NCBI GenBank assembly: GCA_030141605.1
Contig: JAQGDQ010000751.1
Span: 37,931 to 101,930, forward strand
Length of the DNA: 64,000 nt
Origin: Tubiluchus corallicola
Lineage: Eukaryota > Animalia > Priapulida
Reading direction: 5' to 3'
The notes under the pieces are model-generated. The model ran no database searches and was not told the DNA's origin. It saw nothing but the letters and a program-made list of their open reading frames with translations. This document shows, in pieces, positions 1-13,238 of the stretch. The stretch's first letter is position 1, and the number at the start of each line of letters is the position of its first letter. The position numbers and the translations under genes are program-made.

Positions 1-1146
1 TGTGTCACAACAGCCTATAATTAAAACCCCCGTAACCATTTTAACACTTTTGCCAATGTCACATGACCTGGCTGTGTCATTTTTTCAAAAAAAACTTAAT
101 GCACATCAACACTCACCCAGCTACCTATACATGCATAAAGAGTGACTCCTAGAGCAATGCTGTAAGAGTAGTTGAGTGACAAAGCCATTTGCCCTAATTT
201 TCACATTTTGTCTCCTATCTCAGGCAAGAGCTTTTTCAAACCCTGGTGTATAGCCAGCCATGCCTAAATACTGGGAAAAAATTGAAATTTAAGCCATAAG
301 AAGAGATGGGTAATAATCAAAAAACTGACCAATGTCCACTGTACATGACCCTTTGATCTGCGGTCAGAGTTCACTATATAGTTGTGACAGCCCCTATCCC
401 AGGTGTCTACCCTGCAGGTTTCGGTACTACGGTTTTGCAGTTATTCACTGTACTAGAGGAGAAACTATAATAAATCTGATTTCCAATAACATTCTGTAAG
501 TATTGTCTGCATATTATTCTGCAAGTATGCATAAATGTATATTACACACAAAACTAGTTATTTGTTGCTACTTGGTAAATAAGTAGTGGTTATTTGAATT
601 TTCTTGCTACCATTGTAAGTAAAATTGCAAGTCGGTAATGCTACAGTAAAGTAAATGGTATAAACTAATACTCAAAAAAGTCATGAATACGTGATGGTAA
701 ACTAAGAAGAAAAATTTTTGATGCGACTTAATGTTTACAATTAATCAAGCCCATTTAAGGAAGACACTATTACAATGGAGCACTGCGAATAACATATGTC
801 TTTATTTACACATGAATTCAAGAATATTGCAAGACACAAGATGAAACATAAAATGCCCAAATTTTAACTTCAAAATTTATAAATTCGAGTACAGCGCTGT
901 GTTAGCACACAATTTCATAGGGCGCTGCTCTGATGTCAGGGTTGAGTTAGCTAGTTACCCGTATAGTTCTGCTGATCTAGTGCAGAGTTTATTTTTGGCG
1001 CTATACACTTCCAAAAAAGCAGATCAAAGTGCGCAGGGTTGTGAGTGTGCAACAATGAGAATTTATTAAGCCTTTAAAGTAAACTGTTTAATATTTCACG
1101 GTTATTCTTTAAAAAATATTTCCTATCATTTCAATGCTTGGATATA

Positions 1147-1903
1147 CAGTCAAACCGCCTCCCAGCATCGCCATAACACCAACTTTTGCCCTGTCCCGAT
1201 ATCTCCATAATATCTTAAATATAAAGAATACTGCCAACCTCGCCTACTGCCATCCACCAACGTATCTGCTGTACCAAAAGTCTATTTTACATAATAAACT
1301 TACCCCGTTATAATGCCAGCCAAGATAAAGAGTTGCCGAAAAAGAGCCATTGTGTTGTGAAAACAATGCCCTCTGAACAGAAGAACAATTACGATGTTTA
1401 AATTAAGATTTACCTGTTGTTGCATGTGACTTATGAAAGTGAGTGCTGAGGTTTTGAGCAAGGAACCTGCATTTTAAGAGTACAAGAGTTATGTAGCTTC
1501 AGTACTGAACTGATGTGAATTTACTGGAGCCCTGTAAAAGCTGCTTGCCTCAAGGTCAAGTTATATGTGGCAGTAATTTATGGTCTTATTTATCTAGTAA
1601 TTAACAATATTAGGTTGGGAGTGTGGGTGGGCTGCTTGGCTACATATTTCTCTTATTAGGCGACAGTGCTCAGTATTTCACCTGCATTAATTTTGTTAAT
1701 ACAGCAAAAATGCATGGTATAACACATGTATTGTTGTAGGTATAATAATATTATACTATTTTTGACACATTAAAATTAAGTAGGAGTATAGGTTACATAC
1801 TGGAATCGCTTTGATATTTTATGAACCTCGCCTTACCGCCAACCCCGCTATAGAGCCATATTTAGTGGTGTCACAGACCTGGCGTTATAACGAGATTTGG
1901 TTG
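1147..1903. mobile_element. Tc1/pogo (Tigger-like) non-autonomous element
   Basis: Begins TA|CAGTCAAACC and ends GGCGTTATAACGAGATTTGGTTG|TA: imperfect CAGT-type TIRs flanked by TA. Confidence 0.55.
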
Positions 1904-1988
1904 TATCACATCATACAATTTGAGCATATGGTCGAAAGCTGGTACTGTTTTTCTTTAAACAATATAACTCCATGTCTATACAATGTAG

Positions 1989-2721
1989 TAGTGTTTACAG
2001 GCAGGCAAAACCAGACTCGGGTACCCTTTTTCTTATACCCGTTTGGTACCCGGATACTCGATTGTTAAGATTCAGGGTAACTGTAATCATTTATATTCTA
2101 AAATAATACTGTCATGTTAACAACAAGCATTCAGTTATTATATGTTAAGGGCCTGAACACGAGCTGTAAGTCACGGAAGTTAGTGTTTTCCCACACATGG
2201 CATTTGACTGAGTTTTTAACTGCCAGATTTCTTGATTGCATGCTTCATCAATGAGTCAGCTACGTCAGCCTAGGCATTGTACTGAGCAGCATTAACACAA
2301 AGTAGGGATTAGGGGAATAATATCCTTATTGTGAGCTGTGAAACTGAACAATCTGTTTATTGGTATCTTTGTTATTGGCCTGAAAAAGGTTTTTAAAAGT
2401 TAATAAGCAATTTCGTGTAGATAACTGGCCTTTTGGTGAACAAACCGCTTTTCGTTTTTTGTTAAGTTACCCCTACTGCAAAAATGGTTCATCTGCCATC
2501 CATACTGGTTGTTAACCTGGCATGGTGCCAACGCAGCCTACAGTAGTATACTAATAGTACTGTAGAAATGCACAGCAGGTGGCATTTTAAATTCTCTAAC
2601 AATGGATATCGTATTACAAATCTCTGGATTTTCATTGCTGGAAATGGGTAGAAATGTCAGACTCGGGTAATAAACAATACAGGTAACTACTGGGGTTCCC
2701 AGGTACCCGATCGAAACACTA
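1989..2721. mobile_element. hAT-like MITE
   Basis: Termini TAGTGTTT...AAACACTA, with subterminal GGGTACCC/GGTACCCG motifs at both ends; TSD only imperfect. Confidence 0.55.
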
Positions 2722-3230
2722 CATGCAGATATTCATGATATGATTAGGCCTAAACATTTTTGAAGACAGAACTAATTTAACAGACAGTAGCATTTAGAAT
2801 CAACCTCTAGCTAAACAGAGATTAAAGACAAGCTTGAATAGATTTTTCAGCATTTATTCAAGATTTACACTATTGTTTTGGCAAATATACCACCTCTCAG
2901 CTTTTTCTCATGTCAAAACCATTATATATAATGTTGTAGCACATTTTTCTAACCTTTTTCTCAAGGTAAGTTGAACTCTCTAAAAAACTGTTTCACATTA
3001 ACCATTTCTGTGCACCGTCTTTCTTCGTACTATAGCGCCTTACTATGAATGGCCTGTAATGCCCTTTTGTGTGTTTGTGACAATTATTGTAAGGTTGTCT
3101 ATTGTATCTCACAAATGGTTTTTCATTATGAGCTTAAATGCATAAATGCCTAAATGAGGTTATAGGTATTAGTGGTACTAAAACTATAAACTTTACAAGC
3201 AGAAAATAAAGAATTATAATAATCACCAAC

Positions 3231-3308
3231 CTTCTGTCCAGTAAATCTTCCGTCTAATAAATCGTGTCTTCTTCTGTCAACAGTCACCTGTTCATCCATG
3301 TGTTCATG
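3231..3308 (-). CDS. TLK: Probable Tousled-like kinase, N-terminal coding exon (gene continues beyond left edge)
   Basis: ttttcag acceptor and AAG|gttggt donor, 78 nt; encodes HEHMDEQVTVDRRRHDLLDGRFTGQK, resembling the conserved TLK1/2 N-terminal motif [21 protein letters not shown]; kinase domain not in window. Confidence 0.62.
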
Positions 3309-3541
3309 CTGAAAATTTGTTAACATAAATAGGAAATGCATAATTTTAATGTTAAAGAAAATTTATTGCAAAAAGGCCAATAAGATTACTGTAATAGAGC
3401 TCAATAGTGAGCATGAGTTTGCTGCATTCTCTGCTTTTGCATAGCAAACCTCCTACAGTGTCTTTACTAGGCATATACAATTTTATACAATACTACAAGT
3501 TATGATAACTATTTGAGGCAAAATAATGCACAAACTTATAT

Positions 3542-3683
3542 AGTTGCAAAAGACAAAAACTGAAATTGCCACATATTTTTTTAAAAAAACAGCAAGAAAA
3601 AATATGAATATAAACGTGTGTAAGTTGCAAAACACAAAAATTGAAATTGTGCCTTACAGCTTTTTTAAAAAACAGCAAGAAAA
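3542..3683 (+). repeat. Two-copy ~81 bp tandem duplication
   Basis: AGTTGCAAAA(G/C)ACAAAAA(C/T)TGAAATTG...AAAAAACAGCAAGAAAA occurs twice in succession. Confidence 0.7.
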
Positions 3684-4102
3684 TGATGATATGAATGCTT
3701 ACTTAAAACATACAACTCACGTTCATCGCTCATAAAACAGATCCGTGCAAGTCATAGAGTTACTGCTTACTCAGCTTTGTTAAGCAAATTAAGAATTTCC
3801 ACAGAGCAAAAATTATACTATATATACATCCAAAATAGTAAACATGCAAAACGCCTTGGTACTATTAAGCTTACTAATACTATAGAATATACAAGACCAA
3901 ATATCAAGATGGCGCACAAAATGTCAAACTTCTTCGAAGTTATTTAAGGATAAAACTATAAACAGGCATCTAATAACAACGTATCACGACAATAGCATTT
4001 GTATTTGATACCTTAATAACAACAGTTGATGAACTGCAACAAATTAAAACACGGAAACTGATTATTAAAATATCCAAACTCAGTTAGTGTAGTTTATTAT
4101 AC

Positions 4103-4126
4103 CTGCCCAAATTTCAATGACGTCAT
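4103..4126 (-). CDS. TLK: Candidate first coding exon of the TLK-like gene (MTSLKFGQ); may instead be 5' UTR
   Basis: ATG...GGGCAG|gtataa donor, phase 0 compatible with the 3231-3308 exon; lies in a locally CpG-richer, promoter-like stretch. Confidence 0.4.
4118..4125. promoter_or_regulatory. CRE palindrome TGACGTCA near putative TLK 5' end
   Basis: Exact CREB/ATF consensus; a YY1-like CAAGATGGCG also occurs at ~3905-3914. Confidence 0.3.
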
Positions 4127-4319
4127 CAGATATTGGGCTAAACGTTCAGAGGCGGAGATTCTTCTTCACCATAGCCATAGATATACAATATACAGCCGCA
4201 CGAGCCACGAAGTACAAGTGTTGAAGACAAATTATAATGCAACCGCTACGGTTAGTAATAGCAGAAAAGCATTGATCATTTTGATGATTTAAGAAGTCTA
4301 GTGATTGAAGGTGCCCATA

Positions 4320-4412
4320 TTGTTATTGTTGTTGATATATATTATTACTGTTATTGTCATTATTATTATTATTATTGTTGTTGTTGTTGTCATTATTATT
4401 ATTATTATCATC
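4320..4412 (+). repeat. Compound (TTA)n/(TTG)n microsatellite
   Basis: Direct reading of trinucleotide runs. Confidence 0.9.
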
Positions 4413-4434
4413 ACAATCCTTGCACCACACTGCG

Positions 4435-5050
4435 ATGTCAAATTACAAAGGCATCTCACTCGTATCCTGTAACAGGTTTAAAAATATCCTAATCACATTT
4501 GAACTCCAATTTGCCTACAAGACTTCTTTACTAACCTGTGCAGTCTGGTGCTGAACGACACTGTAAACACTTATCTTGATAAAAACATGCCACTTTACTA
4601 TTGTTCAATTAACTTTTCAAAAGACTTCGACCATGTAAATATATTAATGGTTTTTAATAAACTTGAAATACAATGCTCCTTACCTAAATCTGCTTTTGGC
4701 CTCATGTTAAATGGATACCTAAATCAATGTATATGGGTTATATGGAACAAAACTAAGTCTTTTACTCCACCAATAGAATAAAGCAGGCAGCAGTCTGTCA
4801 GGTGTATTAAGTTTAAATATCACATGCCTCCAGAAGTTTTCTCCTCGTATTATATGTATGCTGCTGATGTTCGCATTTATAACACTCGATCTGCTAAAAA
4901 AGACGTTTTACATGTTCAACGTTTTTCGACTACAACTGGTCAATGCTCCTTAAAGTGATAAAGCTGTAAATTGTGGAACTCTGTTTCAATTACATCGGGC
5001 TCCTTAAATACATTGTAGAAACAATACAACAAACTTTTGTTGAGTAACAA
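4435..5050 (+). mobile_element. Decayed non-LTR (LINE) reverse transcriptase and 3' fragments
   Basis: NYKGISL, QFAYK and INFSKDFDHVN (DFSKAFD-like) motifs with frameshifts; HIYNTRS-type CR1-like tail at ~4875. Confidence 0.55.
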
Positions 5051-5624
5051 CAATATACGAATCAGCAATCCTGAATGTATTCATTCTCTTTTCTAATACT
5101 TACGCTACCAATTATTTAGTCAGTTTTTGTCATCATCAGGGTGGGCAATTGAAGACAATCCAATATGACAGAACTAAAATGATGCTTTAATGTATGACTG
5201 GAACATTTACTGAATCTGAATGCATATTAATATGCATCTACATACATATATATTACACATATTTACTATTTTTATAATTGTTATTATTTCAACTCAACTG
5301 CATGATTATGTATTATATTCATTATTTTGCTCATTATTGTTTCTGCTGAGTTTTGTTTTACTATGATTTTTATTATTGTTAATCCTTGTTATTTGATTAT
5401 GCATGAATTATTATTATTTTTCACATAGGGTTTATTTCCATTTTGTTTATTTTGATTTTGTGCATTTTATATGTACTATTATCATACTGCTACAAATCTG
5501 CTGCATGAATTTTGTTTAATTTATTATAGCTAACTTCTAGAATTATTATAGATAATTCTGCTTGATGACATACAAACCATACTACAACCAGATGAAATGC
5601 ACATTATTACAATTGTACTAAAGT

Positions 5625-6622
5625 ATATTAAACTTACTGTAAAAGTTGGGAATACCATAGGAAAAACTTTTAGCACGAATATTGGGGTCCCCAGGGGGAC
5701 TGCCTTAGTCCAATACTTTTCACGCCTTACTAGCAAAGGTACTTAAGATCGATCCAAACTCCTCCAAACGATGATCATGATTATGATACCAGTGGCTGTG
5801 ATAACCTTCCTCAACATATTCTGGATCACTCCTATACTGGTTTGGAATCCTATGAACCATTCCTTATTGATCAGCAATACGCAGACGATATTGGATGGAT
5901 TAATGTATCAAATTTTCAAACTACACATAAACAAGGGATTTTCCAAAAAAAAACTAGAGAAAAGAAACCTTCAAGTAAGTCAGTGAAAAACAAAAGAATA
6001 TATTATTGCAAGAGATGGTAATCGGTCTTGGGAAAAGTGCAAGTACATGGGCACTTTTCTAAGCACCGAATATGATATTAAAAGCAGAAAGCAACAATCA
6101 ATGCATGCTTTTCTTCAGCACAAGAATGTATTAACTAGGAAGAAATTAAGTCTTAACAGAAGATTTCGATTATTTAATGCTTATGTTACCAGCATATTTA
6201 TGTACAACAGCGAAACTTGGAGTTTAATGATTACTCAAGAAAAGTAGATTGATACATTTTGTAGAAGTCTTCTTAGGAAAGTTTTAAAGATAAGATGGCC
6301 ATACATAAACAAAAATGAAGAGTTATACACCAAAACAAAAGAAATTTATTGGAATTCAAAAGTCAAGATCCGTAGATTAGGATGGCTAGGACATCTTCTA
6401 AGATTGCCAGATGAAGCGCCAGTAAGAATTACCTTAAAGGAAGCCCTAAAACCTTGCAAAAAACCACCTGGCAAACATGAAGCAAGTTGGACAGCTAAGA
6501 TAAATAAAGACGTTCAAAAACTTCAACCTAAGTTATCTTCAGAAGTAGAAGGAAATACTCTGTTAGCTGCAGATAGAAGTACTCTGAAATACTCTGATAA
6601 ATGTTGATACCTCAATGCCTAC
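5625..6622 (+). mobile_element. Decayed RTE-like LINE, 3' portion
   Basis: TNIGVPQGDCLSP, QYADDIG, RLFNAYVTSIFMYNSETWSL, RRLGWLGHLLRLP motifs, interrupted by stops/frameshifts. Confidence 0.75.
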
Positions 6623-6800
6623 TAGGGGTGAGCATTCTGTACCAGAAAGCGGATTCGAACTGAATCGAATTTTCGACTTCTGAATTCGAATCAAACCGAA
6701 TTTCAGTATTTTGAATCTGTATTGAGTTCGAATTGAGTTTGAAAGATTTTCGAAGCACTAGTAAAGAGTGGTCTTACAAATATCATGCATATTTCTCGAT
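6623..6800. mobile_element. Truncated hAT-like MITE (TTCGAA-rich family)
   Basis: TAGGGGTGAGC start and TTCGAA subrepeats; similar to 9769-10110. Confidence 0.6.
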
Positions 6801-8232
6801 TTTGTATATGCAGTAAAACCACTGTTAGTTTGTTAAATATGGACATTGCTCAATAAAAGATGTTGTTGGACATAACGACAGACTTGGTTAGCTAAAACAA
6901 ATAAAGATTATTCACCAACTTCAATCAAATCTGTCTTTAGGAGTAGAAGAACTTACGCTGTTAGCTGCAAATAGAAGTGGGTAGAATGCTCTGATAAATG
7001 TTGATACCTCAATGCCTACAATAGTGGAATGAGATTTTGAAGGAGAATATTAATATTTTTCTGTATTTCGGACGTCTATGTCATAGATATTTATTATGTA
7101 TGGTAAATGTCTTTCACCCGATTAGCGGACTGTGAATTGCGAAAGTGCGCACATATGGCGGCTGTTAATGTGAAATGCGACTCTAAATTTGTATTTCTCT
7201 TCAAAAACGTTCATACAAATCGTTATTAAAAATAAAACGAAAACTGAGGTTTTCTTGAGAATAGACCACTTAGTGACTTATTAAAGAAAAGCCGGACCCC
7301 TTCATAAACAATAGGTCAAAACAATCTTACCCTACAAAATATTTACAAGGAAGATTTTATTTTTTTCAGGAATGATTTACATGAAAGAACCATTACCGCA
7401 GAATGGTAATTTTGAGGTATTGTGTTCACGCTGCTACTAGGATTTTGCCATTCGCTAGTTAGATGGGCACTAACGCCTGCATCTTGGAAAACCATAACAC
7501 AAAAAAGCAGGTGCCAGGTGGTTTAACTTTAACTCTGAGTCTCAATTCAGAGGTGTTCAGTTGTGATGTGTTGCACAAGTTTGAGAGTTCATATGTGAGT
7601 ACATTGGTAAACATGAAATTTGAATTTTAGAATTATAATTTGTTAAGTTTTATTGCTTTTATTTTTTTCTATCGGGTTTTGCATCAGATTTTCCATCATT
7701 TTTAGGTTAGGGCTTCAATCATAAACTAGGAGGGACATTAGTCTGACAATGTCCATTTCCACATGTGTTGGACTAGCATTTGATGATACAATCCATAGTT
7801 ATCAACGCTTCTATATATTTTACATATAAAAGTGTAACATCAATAAAGAAGTCACAGAAAATGTTTATGGTGAATCTGAATAGGATCTTTTATATGTAAA
7901 ACATAACGTCTATTCAGTTTAGTTGATTCTGATCTTTAAAGGGGCAATACAACACTGCAACGTTGTATTATATGTGCATAATATTGCTACTGCATGATAT
8001 TGGAGTGAAAACTAGTGTAGCTATTAAGTTTCACATCACTATGGAGATAAATTTAGCCTGGCACTTCAGGGCAACGTATTCTGCATTAAAGGATAATCCA
8101 AGGCTGTCGGCTTTTCCTATCTGTTAGTATATATTAAAAATACCTATCCTGTCACGTGCTTGAGCAAACTTTTTTTGCAGCTGCAGTTACTCTCATCAAC
8201 TGTAAACAATCCAAAACAAGAGATTATTAATA

Positions 8233-8385
8233 TAATCAAACTTCTTTATACTACCTACTTTGGGACTGCAAAAAAAATTGGCATTATAGCAAAGCGCATG
8301 TAAATATAGACATTTTGTTTTGTCAGAAATATGGGCATCAAGCGAGACTGGCACTATAAAGGGGTATTATAAAGAGGATTGACTT
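8233..8385. mobile_element. Short Tigger-like MITE
   Basis: TCAAACTTCTTTATA...TATAAAGAGGATTGAC inverted ends; second copy at 20870-21003. Confidence 0.6.
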
Positions 8386-9381
8386 CTATTTTTTGCTTTT
8401 TGATGAATGTTGCTGCCCATTCTGTAATGAAAAACAGTTGTTACCAATAATAGTACAATAATTCTGAAACCCGGGTAGTTCAATCCAACAAAACAACAGA
8501 ATTATTATCTTAGCTAGCAAACCAACTGTGTAAGCTATGTAACCCACCCAGCACCTAGTGTGCTCTCAAAATTGCATGCCTATCTGAAAATCTGTAACAA
8601 GTTTAAACACTGTCTGTAATTTGATTATGCACAGCACTTACATGTTTTAAGGTGTAAAAATGAATTGAAGCTATGTAATAAGTTTGGAGTTGTTTCTAGA
8701 AGATCCGATGTACACAGCTGCTTAGGCACACGCATTTAAGCAGCTTGGTTTGCATAACTTTTAGGTGAATTGCACAAGTTGCTTTTATATGTGCACCTTC
8801 ATGCTGTCCGCCAGCTCGCATCATTTTTTAACATGTTCCCGCAATAAAATCCATTTTATGGAGATAAGAATGATTTAAATTTTTGCATTTGTAAGAATGC
8901 GTTTTATGCGCAATTATTCCACATATATTATGTGGCAATTTCAATATTTTTAATTTTATATTGAAATCCAATGAACATTGTTTGAGGGTTGAATTTTCCT
9001 TTAATGAGAAAAGCCTGTGTATTCTAGTTGGTTAGCTGGTTAATTACTTTGTACTGGTTATACAGGTAATATTTCAGTAGTATTACGAAAAGGGAATTAT
9101 CCAAGCCGATTATACAAGCCTAGTAGTAAAAAAGCTAGTGATCGTCAACCGCACTTTTTGCCGCATTAGCATGGAATGGTGATATAAATTGCAGCAGCAG
9201 GAAAATTGTTCCTGACGCGCTATAATGATGTCGATTTTGGAACAAACTTTGAATTGCTCTAGAATGGGTTATGTGGTTAAATTATTAAGTTCTATTTCTC
9301 TTTATTTAGAAATGGCTAACTGTATATTGTAAAACTTTTTCAACTCGTGATACACCAGGCACTGCTATTGTGTGACTCACC

Positions 9382-9409
9382 ATGGAGAACTATCAAACTG
9401 ATGAGTCAG
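9382..9409 (+). CDS. PYM1: PYM1 (partner of Y14 and Mago, wibg) coding exon 1
   Basis: accATGG strong start context, MENYQTDES-G, CAG|gtaaaa donor; phase 1 matches next exon. Confidence 0.75.
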
Positions 9410-9768
9410 GTAAAAAAACTTCAATAAAGTTCTCTCATTTTTCTTATTTGTTAATTATGAAGAATGGATGTTTGCAAGTGATAATATCAGAATTATTATT
9501 ATAGTACATAATAACTGCTTGATAAATTTCAGCTCAAAAATGCTAATGCATTCTGGATAGAATTCTGAAATATTGTTAAATAAAATCAAGCCATTCCAGT
9601 TGCAATAATATTCACAAATGACTATCTTTTTGACAGAGGTTTCTAACAGTGAATGTTTTTGCCATTAGAGCCTTAAGGCAATTTGATGAATTTCTAATCA
9701 GGCACCCTACCTCAGGTGGCCCCAAAAGAGATGAGTAATCTATTTTCAGCTTTTCGTGTATTCACAAC

Positions 9769-10110
9769 TGGGGGTGAGCGTTCTCTACCAGAAATCGAAT
9801 TCGAATCAAACCGAATTTCAGTATTTCGAATTCGAATTGAGTTTAAATGTTTTCGAACAAGTTTTCTAACCCTCAGTAAAAAGCGGTTTTACAAAGGTGA
9901 TGCAAAGGTCCTATAACTCAATTTTGTTCTGCAATAAAACCACTAATAATTAGTTTGAAAATTGTGCACAGAAATCACTACTAAACTGTGGTAATTGTAT
10001 GATGTTTAAAACGTTTTAATGACAAAAGGACGTATGTGGTTGAAGTGCTGAATTATTCGAATCTATAATTTTACGTTCGAATTGAAGTCGAACGTTCGAT
10101 GCTCATCCTA
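9769..10110. mobile_element. hAT-like MITE in PYM1 intron
   Basis: TIRs TGGGGGTGAGCGT / ATGCTCATCCTA, near-perfect 8 bp TSD TTCACAAC / CTCACAAC, TTCGAA subrepeats. Confidence 0.75.
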
Positions 10111-11019
10111 CTCACAACAATGCATTACAATGAGTGATCACTGCCAATTTTGCTACTGCTGACAATCAGTTAATGCAGCCATCACTGCTACCAACTTTAT
10201 GCTTATGCAGCTATTACAGAAGTCTAAAAAATAATTTCTGAAAAACGTTCAATATGGATGACCTGTGCTGTGAAAAGAGCAAAAATTATAAAACGGACAA
10301 ATTGTAAGACGTTTTGCAACACAATTAGACACAGAATTCAGTGTAGTTTTGCTTCACCTATAAAGTGCAGACCTGTCTATAACGTTTGTTTATGGATCCT
10401 TATTTGAATAAGCCTATTAAGAGCATGTATACTCGACCTTGCATTATTTTCACTAATTTACGAAAATATGGCTATTTAAACAGTGAATATATGTAAAAAG
10501 ACACACGTAAACAATTAAAACAAACAAACCTGTAGAATTTCTTAAGTATTATTTGATATAATTACTATACTGCATATTTATGCAAACTCATATTTCCGTG
10601 ACAAAATATAATGTAGGCTGTGTTCAGGCAGAATCATATTACAGCCTCAAACTATACACTTTCCAGAGGTGATCTACACATACTTGTTGAACTTACACGT
10701 GTAATTTTACTAAAAAAGTAGCTATTTGGTCCATTAAGACATGCACCACACTTTTTAGTTGCACATATTTTAATCAGTTCCATTTTGGCATAATTTTATA
10801 TTTTTACGATTCTACAGACTTTAGCTGGGAATGTGGGACCTAACGAAACTGTCTCCAATAAGGCACTGCACCTACTAAGGCCAGCCCTATTTGTCTTGAT
10901 AGGCATCTTTGTCTACCTCCAGATTTTGTTAGTAATTAGATGTTCAAACTTTTTTTGTAAAATGTTGAATTTGTTACTTTCTAAAGCTGTTTTCCTTTCT
11001 TCAAATTAATATAAGGAAA

Positions 11020-12080
11020 TGCATTCGTAAATGTTATTGTTATGCCATTGTGTAAAAAAGGACAAATGTTATCTTGTTTCTAATTATCGCCAAGTATCTG
11101 TACTCTCATGTACATCAAAAGCATTTGAAAAAATTATATTTAGACTGTATTATAATTATTATGTATAACCTTATAACTTGTAGTAGCTATTATCTGCTAA
11201 ACAGTCTATTTTTGTACCTAGTGATTCTCTTATTAACCAGTTACTTCATTTAGTTCGTTCTGGTTATCAAGGCTGTTCTAAGGCCTTTGATTGTGTTTGG
11301 CATAGTGGTCTTTTAGTTAAACTATGGGTAAAAAACATTTAAGGAAACATTCTAAAACTGTTTATTATTTTATTCAAGTGAAATAAAGCAAACTGTTACA
11401 ATTGATGCAGTATGTTCTGAATCAAAGCAATTGTGTGCAGGTGTTCCACAAGGTTTCTTGTTCAACCTCTGCTTTTTCTAATTTTCAGTAATGATATAAC
11501 ATCTAATGTATAACATCTGTTACGTTCCTTTTTTACAAATGACACTTGCATTAAAGCTAGCAGTCAAGATTCTATTGTGACTGCTGCCATTTTACAACAA
11601 CATCTGAAAAGCATTGAAATTTGAATGTAGTTGGTTTCTTTTAATCCACAGAAATCAGAATCAGTCACTTTTTTATATAAACTAAATCTTCAAAGACCCA
11701 GATCTGTTTTTCGTAGGAACTAGAGTCGAAACTTAACTCAGCATAAAGATTTAGTACATAGTTAGTGCTAATTAGTGGTTTAAAAGTTTAATAGCTATTG
11801 AGCGAGTGCAATACGAAGCTGCTTTAATTGTGTCAGGTGCTGTTCTTGGCACAAATCATGACAAAGTACTATTGGTACTTGATTTGTCATGGGAAAATAT
11901 CACAGATAGATATCTACATAAGTTATCATTATTTTACAAAATATAAACAATGACACCCATTCTTATCTTAAGGAATTACTATTACTTATTCCTAGAGTCT
12001 GTGAATGAATAGATTATAGTTTACAAAGTTCAGCGTCATTGTGTCTCTGTTGAGATATAATTTTAAGTTGAGTTTTTTCC
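11020..12080 (+). mobile_element. Decayed CR1-like LINE RT fragment in PYM1 intron
   Basis: SNYRQVSVLSCTSKAFEKII, SKAFDCVWHSGLLVKL, AGVPQG, IERVQYEAALIVSGA motifs with many lesions. Confidence 0.75.
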
Positions 12081-12824
12081 TTGTTGCATAAATGAATCTT
12101 GTTATCTTGCTGTATTAATATGTAATATGTAATACAAAGGGTTCGGTACATATGCCTTATCTTTATATTACCGATATTTATTTGCTTCCTCTCTTTGTCC
12201 AGATAGTGATCTAGCAGTTGATACAAATGCTAATTATTTATTGCAGTGTTACCATGATTTCAGACAAATTTTGTTCACTAACATTCATTTATTATTATAG
12301 CCATATGTTAACTTTTTGTAAGTACATATGACCAATTACATATTAGTTTGTGGATCTGACGCACTTCCTGAAAATGTTAAAAAACTGTCTCAGATGTTTA
12401 TATCATAATCTAAGACATGTTTAACTAACTGACTAGTTTAAATGACTATAATTATTTCTTGTTCATTTAATTGCAGTTAAACGTGTACCGTATACGAACA
12501 TATTTACATGTGTACATGTATGTATAATGAATGCATGTGATATTATACAAAATTTGAATATTTATTACTTTTAACATCTGTTTAAAGTAAAAAAGTTGAA
12601 ATTGTTAACAGTCATGTCATTCCTATACAAATTCACGATGTAGTTAAAATGTATGCTAAAGTATGAAAATTATGGGCAAAATATCATTGATGTTAAATAG
12701 GATATTATTAAATGATGAAAGAAAAGAGAATAGTACTTTAAATCTAAAATACTCTTCAGTCTGTAATTTAGTAATTACTGATTTTCACTTTTATTTATAA
12801 TTTTTTTTGGATTGCACATTTCAG

Positions 12825-12921
12825 GTGCAAGGTTTATTGCAGCTTCTCAACGACCAGATGGAACTTGGAGAAAAGTTCGCAGAGTAAAGGATGGTTATGT
12901 ACCCCAGGAGGAAGTACCAGT
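12825..12921 (+). CDS. PYM1: PYM1 coding exon 2 (Mago/Y14-binding domain)
   Basis: tttcag|...|gtaagt; encodes [32 protein letters not shown], the hallmark PYM N-terminal motif. Confidence 0.95.
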
Positions 12922-13238
12922 GTAAGTTATTTTGGTGATTTGATTACTATAAGTTTTATGAAAAAAACAGTAGATGGATAATAAACAGATTGTAAAGATG
13001 TTCAGTTTTTATCAGTTTTGCAGAATATTCTTGCATTTCCTTTTATTCAGTTATTATTCATAAGAACATAGTAAATAACTGAAATATGATGACTGTTTGG
13101 GAACGGAGTACAAAATATCTGGATTTGCAATATAGAAAGCTAGGCAACTTTTGCAATGATTAGCAATTAGCACTATACATACCTTCATTTAATGTATCCT
13201 ATGCCTACTGCTATGCCTATGTGACATTTTTGTCCGGC

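Noticed and set aside
4301-4554. Poly-Tyr/Cys and poly-Leu ORFs
   Set aside because: Translations of a trinucleotide microsatellite
7370-7416. Exon-like segment (tttcag...GAG|gtattg) as a PYM1 exon
   Set aside because: Lies in a dispersed repeat also present at ~59700; exonisation cannot be shown without RNA data
9310-9384. In-frame TGA 6 nt before the ATG in both PYM1 and BLOC1S1 (22983-22981) as selenocysteine/readthrough N-terminal extensions
   Set aside because: No supported upstream in-frame start, no recognisable SECIS, and both proteins match homologues from the downstream ATG; probably coincidence
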